This document shows, in pieces, positions 1 to 17,681 of a stretch of DNA of 64,000 nt. The notes below the pieces were generated by a model. The model made no database searches, was not told the origin of the DNA, and worked only from the letters and a program-made list of their open reading frames with translations. Source of the stretch: the human T2T-CHM13v2.0 reference genome, Homo sapiens; assembly GCF_009914755.1 (NCBI RefSeq), contig NC_060935.1, one strand, 5' to 3'. The position numbers and the translations under genes are program-made. The first letter of the stretch is position 1. Every line of letters begins with the position of its first letter.

Positions 1-3000
1 ATGACAGCTATGGATTAATAGCCAGCCATCTGTCTTAAGTCCTTAGATCTAAGTCCCCAAAGTCACACTTATCAAGACCTGGAATCTTGGACCTGAAGCC
101 TGTCTACTTCATCATGTCCCAAGTTGGCTCTAGCTCTCTCCATATTCAGGATGTGACTCAGAAACATGTGGGGAAACACATATAGGAAGCTCCAGATGGA
201 CAGAGTACCATGCAGGGAGAAGCATCTCTCATGGTTGTTCCTTTTGAAACAAATACAAAAGTGGAAACAGTCACACTTTCTTCTGCTACTCAGAATGATG
301 AAAGAAATAAAAGAGATGGTTCAGAAACTGGATTGAGCTCATGTCCAGTTAAGGTACATTCCAGTGCAGTGCACAATCAGCATCAGAGGAAAATGTTAAT
401 GGCATCGCTGTTCCTGACGCCCCCATCCTACTGATCTCCTAACAGACCCACACACCAGATACGTACAACCTGGTGTGGAGGGCAGGCAGGAATGGTGGGC
501 TATCCATTAATGTGTATTTTATGAAATATCAGAAGATGAACAATGGGGTTGGTTTGGTAGGAATTTGGCATATGGTTCGAGTCCCAGGTAGTGAAAATGA
601 GCTCCATTTAGCTGAACTAGGGCCATCTAGTCTTTACAAAGTCTTGATAGTAGCAAGAAGTGGAGCAGGTGAAGGACAAACTGCCATGCTTACCTTCTGA
701 ACCAGCAAAGAAAAAAGAGCATTGACAAAAAACACCCAGGCATCCTGTCCACCCATGGGCATCCATAAGTATCCTGTTGTTTCAGAAGCTGCAAACAATT
801 TTGGAGTGGTACTTACAGATTCTTGAAGGCACAGCAAAGTTCCAGAGGCATCAAATGGCCCTACTATCTCCAAAGCATCAGAGACATTGGTCTACGTCAC
901 TCAGATTCTTCTGGAAAATTGGGTTTCTGTAATCACTGCTTTCAAAGTTGAATATGAAAGGATGAGGACCAGTGATTGGCTGGTGGCAGCTGAAGATATC
1001 CTTGCTTCCAAAATTTCCATGGAAGTTCATAGTTTAGAACTGGGTTCAACATACAAATAATTGAGAGTCATTGCTATCAATCATTAGGAAGGGAGTTTTA
1101 AGAGTCCAGAATCTTGTCCTTATCAGGTGGCTGGGTTCCCCAGTCATTTTTTCAGCCATCCAATAATGGAACTCACATTGCCTACACAGAGGCTGTCAGT
1201 GTTGCCCAGATAGTGCTAAAGTGGACATACATTCCATGAAGTAACAATAACACTTCCATTCTTTTATAACTATTACTGACCATCAGATAGTGACAATGAC
1301 AGTGATTACAAGAGGGATGTAGTAGAAGGTTCAAAGGAGTGGCACATGATTGGCCATGTCCTGTCAGAAACTTCCTATGGCATTAAAATGCAGTGCTTCA
1401 GTGAAGGAGAAGAAAGTGGGTTTATCAGTGTGGTGATCTGCGAGAGTAAAGTAAAACATGTTCCTGGAGATTCTGAGTATCCTAAAGGCTTGAGTATCCC
1501 TCTGAATTCTTCAGAAAGTGAAGGAAATGTGAGGCCAGCAACCAGCCCTGCCAGAAGCAGACATGTTATATCTGATCCTTGGCTGTATGCTGGGTGTCAT
1601 GGTCCTTATTTTTGTGGCTTTTTATTGCAATGTGCCTGTGGAAGAATCACCAGCAGAATATCATAGAGAAATATGACCCACTGGGTTATCTCTACCAGGG
1701 ATCAGATATTAATGGGCAGATGGTGGAACACACCACTCTCTCAGGAGCAAATGAGATAAATGGAAATGTTCATGAAGGCTTCCTGAGCCAAGGCGGTCTC
1801 AGCAGTGGCTGTTCCCACCTTCACCATAAGGTCTCCAATGGAGTCAATGCAACTGTGAATGGGAGCTTAAATGGAGGACTTTACTCTGGGCACACTAACT
1901 CTCTAACCAGGACATGTGAATTTTGAACAGCCTCATCATCTAGTGAACGGTGGTGGAATGTACATAGCAGTGCCTCAGATTGACCCTCTGGAATGTGTTA
2001 ATTGTCAAAATTGTTGAAACAACAATAGCTGTTTCACCAAAACCAACAGCACTTTCAGCAGTAGCCCTTTTCCTGTGGTCTCTAGGGTGGCACTTTGTCC
2101 TCAGTATGGTGTGGGAATCAGGCCCCTCAGTCAAATGAAGATGCCCGTATGCCTGGCTTCTGCATCCCTGATTGTGGCCAGTTGCCTCACGAGAGCATCA
2201 AGAACAATGTGGAACCAATCTCTACTCAGCATACTTGCTGTCAGGATAATAGAAACATTGTCAGCTCTAATCACACAGAAGATCCAGAAGAGTTCAGCAG
2301 AGGAGACAGCTGTGTCTCTTCAGAAATGGACAGCAACATTTTACATTGGAATCCTTTTATTTTTGCCACCTATCTCAGAGGACTGTGCTGAAAAGACAAC
2401 ATGGCCTCTGCCTGGTGTTCCTTTAGACAGCCCCTCAGAGGTCCTACAGCAGCCCCAGGAAACTGGAAGATGTGCAAACAACCAGTCATGTTCTGACTTG
2501 AAGTCTGTAACCAACTGCACAAAACAGGCCTGTGAATGGACTATGTGAAGGACTTTAATTCAAATCAAAGAAAATCATTATTTATTTCTTTGTAGTATAA
2601 TGTCATATGAATGCATCCTGAAATGTGTGCCCTTTTATATTATTTATGCCTTAAAAGTTTTCTTACCCATTCCTTCCTTCCTCTCAGAAAGAAACAACCT
2701 TGTTTTGCATAGCTTTCAATCACCCGGAGGGCAGAAGGAACATTCCATGTTTTCTAACAACCTTAGTGGCAGTAAGAACTCCTCATGCAAACGATTCCAT
2801 CTCTTGGCTGCTTCAGCTCAGAGGAAATGCAGGGGCCAATTGAAGGTTGCCACCAGTCAGGTTTTCAGATGGAAAATTGTCTTTTAATAGTGTATTATCA
2901 GACTTTCTGAGAACACTTCGAAGTCAACTACAGTTTTGACCCAGTGTTTATAATAGCAGACCTGGCTGATGAATTTTATAAGAGTGCCTTCCACCAAAGT

Positions 3001-3655
3001 GGTAATGTGACCAGATGACTTTCTCTCTATCTGCCCGTGGGCACAAGTGATGTTCAGTCTTCTAGTCACTAGTCATAAGCAGTGTCGTGGACATGGTAGA
3101 GTGTAAGATGTAGCTGAATGATTGCAGTATGCAGAAAAGGAACCAAGGCCAGAGAGACAAATAATGCCTTAATGTCCCACTGCTTTAAAATTACATTAAT
3201 TTATAAAATGGCCAGTATGGGGCTCTTTTTTACTGTTTCTAAGAGTAGGAACAAAATAAGATTTTAAGTGGTGGCTTGAAAAGAAATATACAGATTTTCA
3301 GAGGAAAGAAAGGGAAGGGCTGTGGGAAGCTTGTCTTGGAGGGAGCTCTTCAGTCTGTTCCATGAGCCCAGGAGCATGCTCCTGGTGTCACACTGCCAGA
3401 AACCAGTCATCTTTCACTTCCCACAGGGGCAACAGCCTGAAGGTGTGAGTGTCAGAACATATCTACTTTGGAAGAAAAGGGTTTTTTTTTTTTTTCTTCT
3501 GAAGTTTCCTGCCATTTTTTTCAGAATGTCATCCTTGTAAATAGGCACCTAAAGCAATGGTCGGCAGAGCTCCTGACCACTGCTGCCTCTGCGTGACAAG
3601 GACATTTGCAGCCGCCTTCGGAAGGCTCTTCTCCACATTAATAAATAACAATAAT
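1..3655 (+). pseudogene. CDON: CDON processed pseudogene (last Ig domain, three FN3 repeats, TM, cytoplasmic tail, ~1.2 kb 3'UTR); continues off the left edge
   Basis: ORF fragments match CDON: [96 protein letters not shown]. They run contiguously with no introns and carry many stops and frameshifts. CDS-homologous part ends ~2467; AATAAA and a degraded A-rich tail at 3640-3655. Symbol is the parent gene. Confidence 0.93.
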
Positions 3656-3659
3656 ATGT

Positions 3660-3805
3660 TTTTTAAAAACTACCTATTGGGTACTATGCTGACTACCAAG
3701 GTGACAGGATCTGTATTCAAATGTCAGCATCATGCAATACTCCCATGTAACAAATATGCACATGTACCCCCTGCATCTAAAATAAAAGTTGAAATTAAAA
3801 AATAC
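3660..3805 (+). mobile_element. Old L1 (L1PB/L1MA-type) 3' end fragment
   Basis: aaaactacctattgggtactatgct...catgtaacaaatatgcacatgtaccccctgcatctaaaataaaagttgaaatt is a typical L1 3' terminus. Confidence 0.75.
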
Positions 3806-3967
3806 ATATAATGTATAAAATTATCTGCAAGTTACTTATGCAGAAAGCACCTTAGTTTATACTTCACTAGAATACATATATATATATATATTTACTTCAT
3901 GGATAAAGTAATAGTGCTTGCAAAATTAGCTTACTAATTAAAAAATATATAAATGACTACTTTGAAA

Positions 3968-4030
3968 TATATATATACACACACACATATATATACACAT
4001 ATATACACACACACATATATATACATATAT

Positions 4031-4076
<46 letters not shown>
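3968..4076. repeat. Compound (TA)n/(CA)n microsatellite
   Basis: Directly visible. Confidence 0.95.
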
Positions 4077-4077
<1 letters not shown>

Positions 4078-5241
4078 ACCTTCATGTGAGAGTAGCTATG
4101 CTTTTGGCTTCTGAGGTGAACATATTCATGATGATAAATATTTACCATAAATTCAGTTAAACATTAAACTCAGCAATATCCATATCTATTTATCTCTATT
4201 TCTACCTAAATCTGTATTTCAAAAGTTGTGTCTAACCCTTCTAGTTAGATTTTTATCCTTTATCATTCAATGTGTGTGGCTTGGAGACAGCTTTCACTGG
4301 TCAGGAAGTTTACAATTACATCCCACATTCAGTGGACTAACAGCTCAGAAGTCCTCTCTCCGGCTACTGCTAAGACAGTGTATTGTCAGGCTTCCAGATC
4401 ACCAGAGATGAATGTGGTTTTGTTTTTAAGTCTGGCTTCTAGGAGCCACTCCCTGGAATAGAATAATTTATTGTTTACCCAGTGTTCACTCAGAATTTGT
4501 GCTTTAGCTCTTTAGCCAGGAGGGCTAAAGGCTCTTTGCTGATGAATCAGTGGTTAGTTTGGGGAGTGCTTACAAATTTGTCCACATTCCACCTTGATTG
4601 CTCTTGAGAGGGTGCAGTCTAGCACAGATACACAGCCTTCCAGATCTCCAGAAATTAGTGATCCTAAGACACCTTTTCTTGGCTTTCTCCTTGCCTGGTT
4701 TTCTTTGGTAAAATTCAGGCTGTCTGCCAGAAGTTTATTTGTAGCTACAAAGCATGCTAAAGATTCCAAGCTCCTCTTTAATGTTCCTAACCAAGATCTC
4801 CATTGTTTTTTACAATGCCCTTGGGAATGTACCTTTTCATGACTGATTCAAAATCAGTCATTAATGTGAGGCATTGAGCAAAGCTCTCAGTTTTTCTGGC
4901 CTGTCAGTCCTCCTAGATGAATCTCTACATCACTGCAAAGGAGTTGACAGTGGCTTCACTAGCACTCACACACGCCCTACAAGTCTGCGCTGGGGTAGGT
5001 AGGGGGATGGTGTCCCCAGGTGTTTTGTCTTATCCCTTGAGGGATGGAAGATACAGCCAGTGGGAAACTTGGGCATAGCAACACTAGACCTCCTGTTCCG
5101 GAGTGGAGAGTCTACCCTATCAGTGGAGGTTGTATGTGCATTTTCTAATCCAGTCCTCACAATTATAAGAAAAACATATTTCTCTCATAAACTTATAAGA
5201 ACTGCCAATTAAACTGAAGCTTAAATTATTGGCCATATTTA

Positions 5242-5304
5242 GGCCAGGCATGGTGGCTTATGCCTATAATTCCAGAACTTTGAGAGGCTGAGGTGGGAGG
5301 ACCA
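5242..5304 (+). mobile_element. Alu 5' fragment (probably a local copy of the Alu at 5582)
   Basis: ggccaggcatggtggcttatgcctataattccag...gaggtgggaggacc, then abrupt end. Confidence 0.8.
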
Positions 5305-5562
5305 CTTTCTCTTATAATTGTGAGGACAGAATGATATAATGCACTTAAAGTTTTATTATCCACTGCCTGTACCTAGTATTCCTTCTATTAATGCTAGTCA
5401 TTTTTTATAAATGAATTTTCATATTTTCATGAATTATTCTTAAACTTTAAGAACTAGTCTTATGAAGGTGCAATCATAAAGTAATTCATATTCAAGAACA
5501 CATTTTAAGACACAGATTTTTTTATAATGAAAGAGAGTGAAACACAAATAATTTAAACTTCA

Positions 5563-5900
<338 letters not shown>

Positions 5901-6295
5901 CTGGCCGTATTCATCCACTCTTCCTTATTGCTCTAATAGTTGTATTCTAATACACAATGAGATAATACACAAGATGAGGATGGTTAAAAGAGTATAATAC
6001 AATTAAAATATAAATGACTACAGAATTGTATGTTTGCATTACTCCTATCATTGAAATAACCCATTATGCAACCCATCTGTCATTAAACTTTTGGATTAGG
6101 CCTGCTGCTTATAGATGGAGTCAGTCTTTTTTAGACTTTGCTGTCAGCAATCTTCATTAAAGGAGGCATTGTTGGATTGCTTTAAATAAATTAAAAAACT
6201 ACATATCAAAAACTTTGGATATGTTTGTTGTGTGCCATATTGCCAGTAATTAAATTAAATATCAGAAAATACACCATTATATATGATATTTGGTA

Positions 6296-6658
6296 TACAG
6301 TTGGACCTCCATATGATAGGGTTCTGCACCCATGTATTCAACTCACCATGGATTAAAAATATTCAGGAAAAAAATATCGGATGGTTTCATTTGCACTCAA
6401 CATGTGCAGATTTTTTTTGCTTGTCATTATTCCCTAAATAATTCAGTGTAACAACTACTTACATAGCATTTACATTGCATTAAGTATTTTAAGTAATCTA
6501 GAGATAATTAAAGTACATTGGAGGATGTGCTTAGGCTACATGCAAATACCTCGCCATCTTATGTAAGGACATCTGAGGATTATTAGCATCCAAGGATTTT
6601 GATATCCCTGGGGAGTCCTGGAACCAATTTCCAATCGATACTTAAGGAAAGGCTTCAT
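6296..6658 (+). mobile_element. MER2-type (TcMar-Tigger) DNA transposon remnant
   Basis: tacagttggacctcc...ttctgcacccatgtattcaac...aagtaatctagagat...ggggagtcctggaaccaat. Confidence 0.8.
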
Positions 6659-9194
6659 ACAAAATTAACATGATCAAAATATAGGTATTTCTGATAATAA
6701 GGATATTTTAATGCACATGTATTTTAAAAATTTCTAAGAACTAAATAAATTTGGAATTTTATTAAAATGCAATGAGGCTTCTGAGTATTCTGTATTTTCT
6801 GAAGCAAAATTGAGTCTTATTTTCTATTCTGCTAATGACATGTTCCCAGGTAACTGTGTGTGTAGGATGCCATCAGTGAAATTACTAAAATCTTACAGAT
6901 TTTCAGTCTTTTTATTTGTATCATTGTCATTCTGTTAAGATCTGTGTTCATCAATAGTTTGTGACTGAGCTAAAGAAAATTTGCTGAGCCTATCAATTTG
7001 ATAAGCAGTCCAATTTACAACTTTATTAAATAGTATTTCTCAGTATCCCTATTGATTTTGGTTACATTCAGTAGCCAAAATCAACAGAAATACAGGGGTA
7101 AATTTGGTTGCCTTTTAAACAGTTGTATCACATGTTTTTATCAATTATTTTGTGCATTTATTCTTTTATTCAAACAATTATTGAATATGTTATATATTAA
7201 GCGTTGTGTAATTTCTTGGAATATACCTGTGTGTAGTACAAACACCATCCTTCTCCTGCAATTTGAAAACCAGAAAAGAAGCCCAATATTACATTGTGAG
7301 TTTTACAAAGAAAGGTATAAGATTTTCTGAGTCTATACAACAAATAACCTAATCTAGTCCAGGAGCTAAAGAAATAATTCCCTGAAGAAATGTTGAAACT
7401 TACACTTGATGAATTGGGACTTAGCAGGTGTCTAACAGAGAAAGGAAAATTCCAGGTCAGGGGGAAGAAACCTGTGCTCTTGCATTAGCCCATCAGTTTG
7501 GATAAACACACTCAGGTATTTATTTACCTGGACTGGCTTAGAGATCAAGGGAAAAGAAAAGATATAGCATAAAAGGAAAGACATGCACAGTATTCTAAGA
7601 GAGAATATTTTTATTTAAAGAAAATCAAAACTAATGTTACCTCTACACTTTTAAAAATGGTACAGAAAATGTTTCATAGAAATAGATAAAGAAAATCAAG
7701 TAGTCAGTATGTTAGCATTCTCAGAAGCTGGTGTTTCTGATACCTTTAGTCAGGTTACTGACCTATCCCTGATTCCGTGAGTCCAAAGCAAAAGAAAGGT
7801 GTAAGAGTGTAAGGGAAAGAACCTGACAGGCTACAAAGCATATTTATTCACCACATGAGTATGTTCTCTGTACTCATTTGTGAAACTTTCCATCTCTTTT
7901 GAAGTCAGTGAAATATTTCATTCCCAACAGTTTACAGAAACCATGTTCTTCATCTCACCACCACCATCTTTTCAACTACATTCTTTATCTGACCACCAAC
8001 TTCCTTTGCTAAACACACATATTTTTATTCCTATTAATTCTAGTCCTTTCTTCCATAAAACTCACATAAATAAAGTTGGTTTCAGAAAGTTATTTTAAAA
8101 AATAAAATAAAACTTTCTCTCCTATTTTTCTTCTATCAACTTATATTTACCAGTTTTTCTTTCCTAGCCTGGCCCATTAATGCAGATATTACACAAGGCG
8201 TTTTATTTTAACCTGACCCCTCCACTGCCTCCTTGGCTCTTTCCTAATTACCTGAAATCTCCAGCTTTGGGGACAACTGGATCCCCTTTCATTACCCTGG
8301 ATGGAGGCTGGTTTGGGTGGCCTCACAAGGCCCCAGTTGCCTTTACATATCTTGGTAGTGATTCAATTGTCTTTCTGGAAAATACTAATTTCAGTTCACT
8401 AATTTTAACCCATCTACTTTCTCTTGCAGATACAAAGAGAATGTGCAGGGAGAAAGCAGAGTTTTCTTTAATCCTGGAGCTGTGGATGATGGACAGAGAA
8501 GCTGACTGCTTTCTCTCTGCAAACTTTCTGAAAAAGCCCCGGTCCCTCCTCCCTGCAGTCCCTGCAGCCCCTCTCTTTACCCTCCCAAAACCTTTAGTGC
8601 TCATGATTTATCCAGCTCATGTAGGTACTATTCACAGTAACCAAAATCTCCCACCATTATTAACACAAAAGGAAAAGAGGATAAATCCATTCCCCACCCA
8701 TACCCCTCTCAGAGCAAGACAGCCACCCCAAACATCCCTTAATCTCCAGAATTTTCCCACTAGTGATAATGAATAGTTAAGATCAACCCTTTGGGTGCAT
8801 ATTCCTAACCTCATTTCCCAAGTGTAACTGACTGATTTGAAACATTTTCTAAAGCCAAAAACTTGCACTTGAATTTGCAGATAATTTGCTGGATATACCT
8901 CGTGGTCCTCAGTACCATATCTGAGAGTAAATCACGCAGTAAAGTAATTAGCCATTGTGAAAAATGGGGGTGGTAGCTGCTTGTTATTAGGGATTCTATC
9001 AATTTGAGATCTCTCTCTCATATATGCATGTATAATGTACTATATATATAATAATGGAAGTAAACTACATATTAAGCAACATATAATGCATATATTCATG
9101 TACATGTATAATATGCATATATATTATACATAACTAAATACATAGATATATCGATATGTAGATAGATACCTACCTCTGCCTCTTCCTATTTCTC

Positions 9195-9484
9195 ATTTTT
9201 TTTCTCACTGTGTCATCACTCTGTTGCTCAGGCTGAAGTTCAGTGCCGCTATCTCTATCACTGCAAATTCTGCCTCCCACGTTCAAGCTATTCTCATGCC
9301 TCCGCCTCCTGACTAGCTGAGAGTACAGGCATGTGTCAACACACCCTGCTGATTTTTGTATTTTTAGTAGAGAGGGGGTTTCATCTTGTTGGCCAGGCTG
9401 GTCTCGAACTTCTTGCCTCAGGCAATCCGTCTGCCTAGGCCACCCAAAGTGCTGGGATTGTAGGTGTGAGCCACCACGCTGGCT
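9195..9484 (-). mobile_element. Alu (S/J-type, diverged)
   Basis: Reverse Alu consensus ending ccaaagtgctgggattgtaggtgtgagccaccacgctggc. Confidence 0.9.
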
Positions 9485-10974
9485 TATAATACATTCTTGG
9501 GTGAGGTATTATGGGACAAGGGCAGGCAGAAAGGCTTTTAGGTGGGGGTTCGGGAGGGATATTGCAGGGACCAAGAGGGGTGCTTGGAGGAGGAGAGGAT
9601 TAGGACATACTCCAGAAATTGACCTTCAGGAATAACTTGAGGTGGCCAGGCACAGTGATGAAGCTGGATCCAGTGAGGTGGGGCTGAGGTTCTGCTGGGA
9701 AGGAAACAAAGAGGACTGCCCAGAAGCACTTCTCTCAAGGTTGCAGCTGCAGAATATAAGCTCACTGTAGCCCTGGCACTAAGGTTCTTTTAAAAACACT
9801 AGACGTTACTTCATGAACAGTCATATCAAGGTATACTATTTTGGGAAAGGCACTTTCTTCCCTCTGCACTCTCCTTAAATAAGAAACAAACAACAACAAA
9901 AGCATGCCGTATTGATGCCATTTGTATGGAATTAAACTTGAACTTTTATAAGGTAAAGATCGGTCAAGATAGCTTTCCTAGCATCCTGAATCTAGAGCTC
10001 TCCTGTTGATTTTATAAGATATTCAATAATAAGACCTTTCACTTTTTGCTCTGTCCTGGTTCTGCTTCTGTCCCCACTTACTTTTTAGAGGCCTTCTCTT
10101 TTTTTGGCCCTATTGTGTCAGCCTTGTTTAATATGTAGTTTACTTACAGTAAATTCTTCTCAATACGGAACTTGATCCTGGAAGAGAATTTGGTCTGGTT
10201 ATTTTAAGAGTTGTAGAAGCCATATGGTCCCAGCCTCTTTTTTATCTCATCCTGGACTCTTGCTTATTGATGTGTGCAAACTCCCACCCTACTTAGTTTC
10301 CGTAGCTGTTTTTTAATTGCCTTGCCCACTTTCTAATAAATCCTTGTTGCTGACTTGGGGGTTCTCAAATCCATAATATATTGTGTTCACCCTCTGCTTC
10401 ATCTTGAAAGGATTCTGATTCCTCATGGATATTGCAGGTCTTCCTGATTTGTCTGTCACTATTTACACTGGGGATTTTTTGTAGGGCACATTGTTACCCT
10501 GTGTTGTTGTAAATATTGTTCATGAATTTTAATTTTGTTAACCTAGTTTTTCTCTGTTTTTCTTTAGAAGTTTGGAAATAGTCTGAAAGCACACTGTACC
10601 TCTCTATATTTTCAGAATTTTAAGGTGAAATTTTTAAAAATGTGTAAACAAGAAATGCCTCTAAACTGGATCTCAGTGTGTTTAGCAGTTTCCATGAGCT
10701 GTGTGTAACAGAAGACTGGAACAAAGAAATGTAGAAGTAGATTCTCCACAAGCATCATGGCCTTCTTCACTTTGAATGTTTGGGTATGCTGTTTCCTCTG
10801 TCTGGACATCACTTCCACTTCCAATACTTCCTTTTTGAATTAATACTTGTTATATCAAGGACAAATTTTGATTTAATTTCCTTTCAGAAACATTTTTACA
10901 TTTTAAAAATTGTACTGCACTTTCTATCAATTGCCATTGCATTCAACGCTCTCTCATTATTATGTACAAATATA

Positions 10975-11041
10975 TAGTGTGTATATATATATGTATACAC
11001 GCAAACACACACACACATACATACACACATACACAGACACA
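10975..11041. repeat. (TA)n/(CA)n microsatellite
   Basis: Directly visible. Confidence 0.85.
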
Positions 11042-11358
11042 ATCCACAACACTATTTTAAAACATTTCTGGTATACTTGGGTCAAATTTGGGACCAAATT
11101 CTAGCAAGGTAGTAGGTCTTTATGTGCATTGCAGATAAATATCATTAATTGCATTTTAATTTATTTAATGTAATATATATTGTTACATAATATGCATTAA
11201 AGGTTTTCATCGGAATTAAGTAAAGGAGAAATATGGATGATGAAAGAAACAAAGAAGAAAAAAAGGTGGCAGCCTAACATTTTCTATAAATCTACTGTGA
11301 GCTAGGTACTTTATAAGCATTAAGTCTAACATTTACCTATATCTAATCTCATTGTAAT

Positions 11359-11663
11359 TTTTTTGTTTTGTTTTGTTTTGTGAGATGGAGTCTTGCTCTG
11401 TCACTTAGGCTGGAGTGCACTGGTATAATCAGGGCTCACTGCAACCTCTGCCTCCCAGGTTCAAGCAATTATCCTGCCTCAGCCTCTTGAGTAGCTGGGA
11501 TTACAGGCATGTACCACTACATCTGGATAATTTTTGTATTTTTAGTAGAGATGGGGTTTCACCATGTTGGCCAGGCTGGTCTTGAACTCCTGACCTCAAG
11601 TGATCTGGCCTACTCAGCCTCCCAAAATGCTGGGATTATAGGCATGAGGCACCACACCTGGCC
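11359..11663 (-). mobile_element. AluS element
   Basis: Full reverse Alu with (TTTTG)n tail. Confidence 0.93.
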
Positions 11664-12772
11664 TAATCTAACCATAATTTTATTTCCAGTTCATGAATGT
11701 ATAGATGAGGTAACAGAGAAGCAAAGAGATCAGTATTTTAACCAATGATATTTTACTAAAATAGCAAACTCATAAGTTTAGTTTATATTTGTCAGTATTT
11801 GTGGTTTTTAAGCCAAATAATACCATCTTTAACTCTGAGTGTCATGCTGTCAAGAATTGTACCTTTGTGGGGAGGAGCCAAGATGGCCGAATACAAACAG
11901 CTCCGGTCTACAGCTCCCAGCATGAGCGACGCAGAAGACGGTGATTTCTGCATTTCCATCTGAGGTACCGGGTTCATCTCACTAGGTAGTGCCAGACAGT
12001 GGGCGCAGGTCAGTGGGTGCGCGCACCGAGCGCGAGCCGAAGCAGGGCGAGGCATTGCCTCACTTGGGAAGCGCAAGGGGTCACGGAGTTCCCTTTCCGA
12101 GTCAAAGAAAGGGGTGACGGATGGCACCTGGAAAATCGGGTCACTCCCACCCAAATACTGCGCTTTTCCGACGGGCTTAAAAAATGGCGCACCGCGAGAT
12201 TATATCCGGCACCTGGCTTGGAGGGTCCTACGCCCACGGAGTCTCCTGATTGCTAGCACAGCAGTCTGAGATCAAACTGCAAGGCAGCAGTTAGGCTGGG
12301 GGAGGGGCGCCCGCCATTGCCCAGGCTTGATTAGGTAAACAAAGCAGCTGGGAAGCTCGAACTGGGCGGAGCCCACCGCAGCTCAAGGAGGCCTGCCTGC
12401 CTCTGTAGGCTCCACCTCTGGGGGCAGGGCACAGACAAACAAAAAGACAGCAGTAACCTCTGCAGACTTAAATGTCCCTGTCTGACAGCTTTGAAGAGAG
12501 CAGTGGTTCTCCCAGCACGCAGCTGGAGATCTGAGAACGGGCAGACTGCCTCCTCAAGTGGGTCCCTGACCCCTGACCCCTGAGCAGCCTAACTGGGAGG
12601 CACCCCCCAGCAGGGGCACACTGACACCTCAAACTGCAGGGTATTCCAACAGACCTGCAGCTGAGGGTCCTGTCTGTTAGAAGGAAAACTAACAAACAGA
12701 AAGGACATCCACACCAAAAACCCATCTGTACATCACCATCATCAAAGACCAAAAGTAGATAAAACCACAAAG

Positions 12773-13790
12773 ATGGGGAAAAAACAGAACAGAAAAACTG
12801 GAAACTCTAAAAAGCAGAGCGCCTCTCCTCCTCCAAAGGAACGCAGTTCCTCACCAGCAACGGAACAAAGCTGGATGGAGAATGACTTTGACGAGCTGAG
12901 AGAAGAAGGCTTCAGACGATCAAATTACTCTGAGCTACGGGAGGTCATTCAAACCAAAGGCAAAGAAGTTGAAAACTTTGAAAAAAATTTAGAAGAATGT
13001 ATAACTAGAATAACCAATACAGAGAAGTGCTTAAAGGAGCTGATGGAGCTGAAAACCAAGGCTCGAGAACTACGTGAAGAATGCAGAAGCCTCAGGAGCC
13101 GATGCGATCAACTAGAAGAAAGGGTATCAGCGATGGAAGATGAAATGAATGAAATGAAGCGAGAAGGGAAGTTTAGAGAAAAAAGAATAAAAAGAAATGA
13201 GCAAAGCCTCCAAGAAATATGGGACTATGTGAAAAGACCAAATCTACGTCTGATTGGTGTACCTGAAAGTGATGGGGAGAATGGAACCAAGTTGGAAAAC
13301 ACTCTGCAGGATATTATCCAGGAGAACTTCCCCAATCTAACAAGGCAGGCCAACATTCAGATTCAGGAAATACAGAGAACGCCACAAAGATAATCCTCGA
13401 GAAGAGCAACTCCAAGACACATAATTGTCAGATTCACCAAAGTTGAAATGAAGGAAAAAATGTTAAGGGCAGCCAGAGAGAAAGGTCGGGTTACCCTCAA
13501 AGGGAAGCCCATCAGACTAACAGCGGATCTCTTGGCAGAAACTCTACAAGCCAGAAGAGAGTGGGGGCCAATATTCAACATTCTTAAAGAAAAGAATTTT
13601 CAACCCAGAATTTCATATCCAGCCAAACTAAGCTTCATAAGCGAAGGAGAAATAAAATCCTTTACAGACAAGCAAATGCTGAGAGATTTTGTCACCACCA
13701 GGCCTGCCCTAAAAGAGCTCCTGAAGGAAGCGCTAAACATGGAAAGGAACAACCGGTACCAGCCACTGCAAAATAAATGCCAAAATGTAA
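12773..13790 (+). pseudogene. L1 ORF1p, disrupted
   Basis: MGKKQNRKTGNSK...; premature TAA at 13391-13393 (Tyr codon) and a +1 frameshift near 13770-13780. Confidence 0.95.
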
Positions 13791-14030
13791 AGATCATCAA
13801 GACTAGGAAGAAACTGCATCAACTAACGAGCAAAATAACCAGCTAACATCATAATGACAGGATCAAATTCACACATAACAATATTAACTTTAAATGTAAA
13901 TGGACTAAATGCTCCAATTAAAAGACACAGACTGGCAAATTGGATAAAGAGTCAAGACCCATCAGTGTGCTATATTCAGGAAACCCATCTCACGTGCAGA
14001 GACACACATAGGCTCAAAATAAAAGGATAG

Positions 14031-17681
<3,651 letters not shown>

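Noticed and set aside
4230-5150. Unassigned moderately GC-rich segment (possible LTR/ERV relic)
   Set aside because: No family recognisable by eye; needs RepeatMasker or Dfam.
8180-8776. 198-aa ORF
   Set aside because: No recognisable domain or gene structure; probably a chance ORF. A BLAST search would settle it.
12010-12317. Antisense L1 ORF0
   Set aside because: The ORF0 ATG (12317) meets TAA at codon 9 (12293-12291). The listed 75-aa ORF is only a downstream remnant without the proper start.
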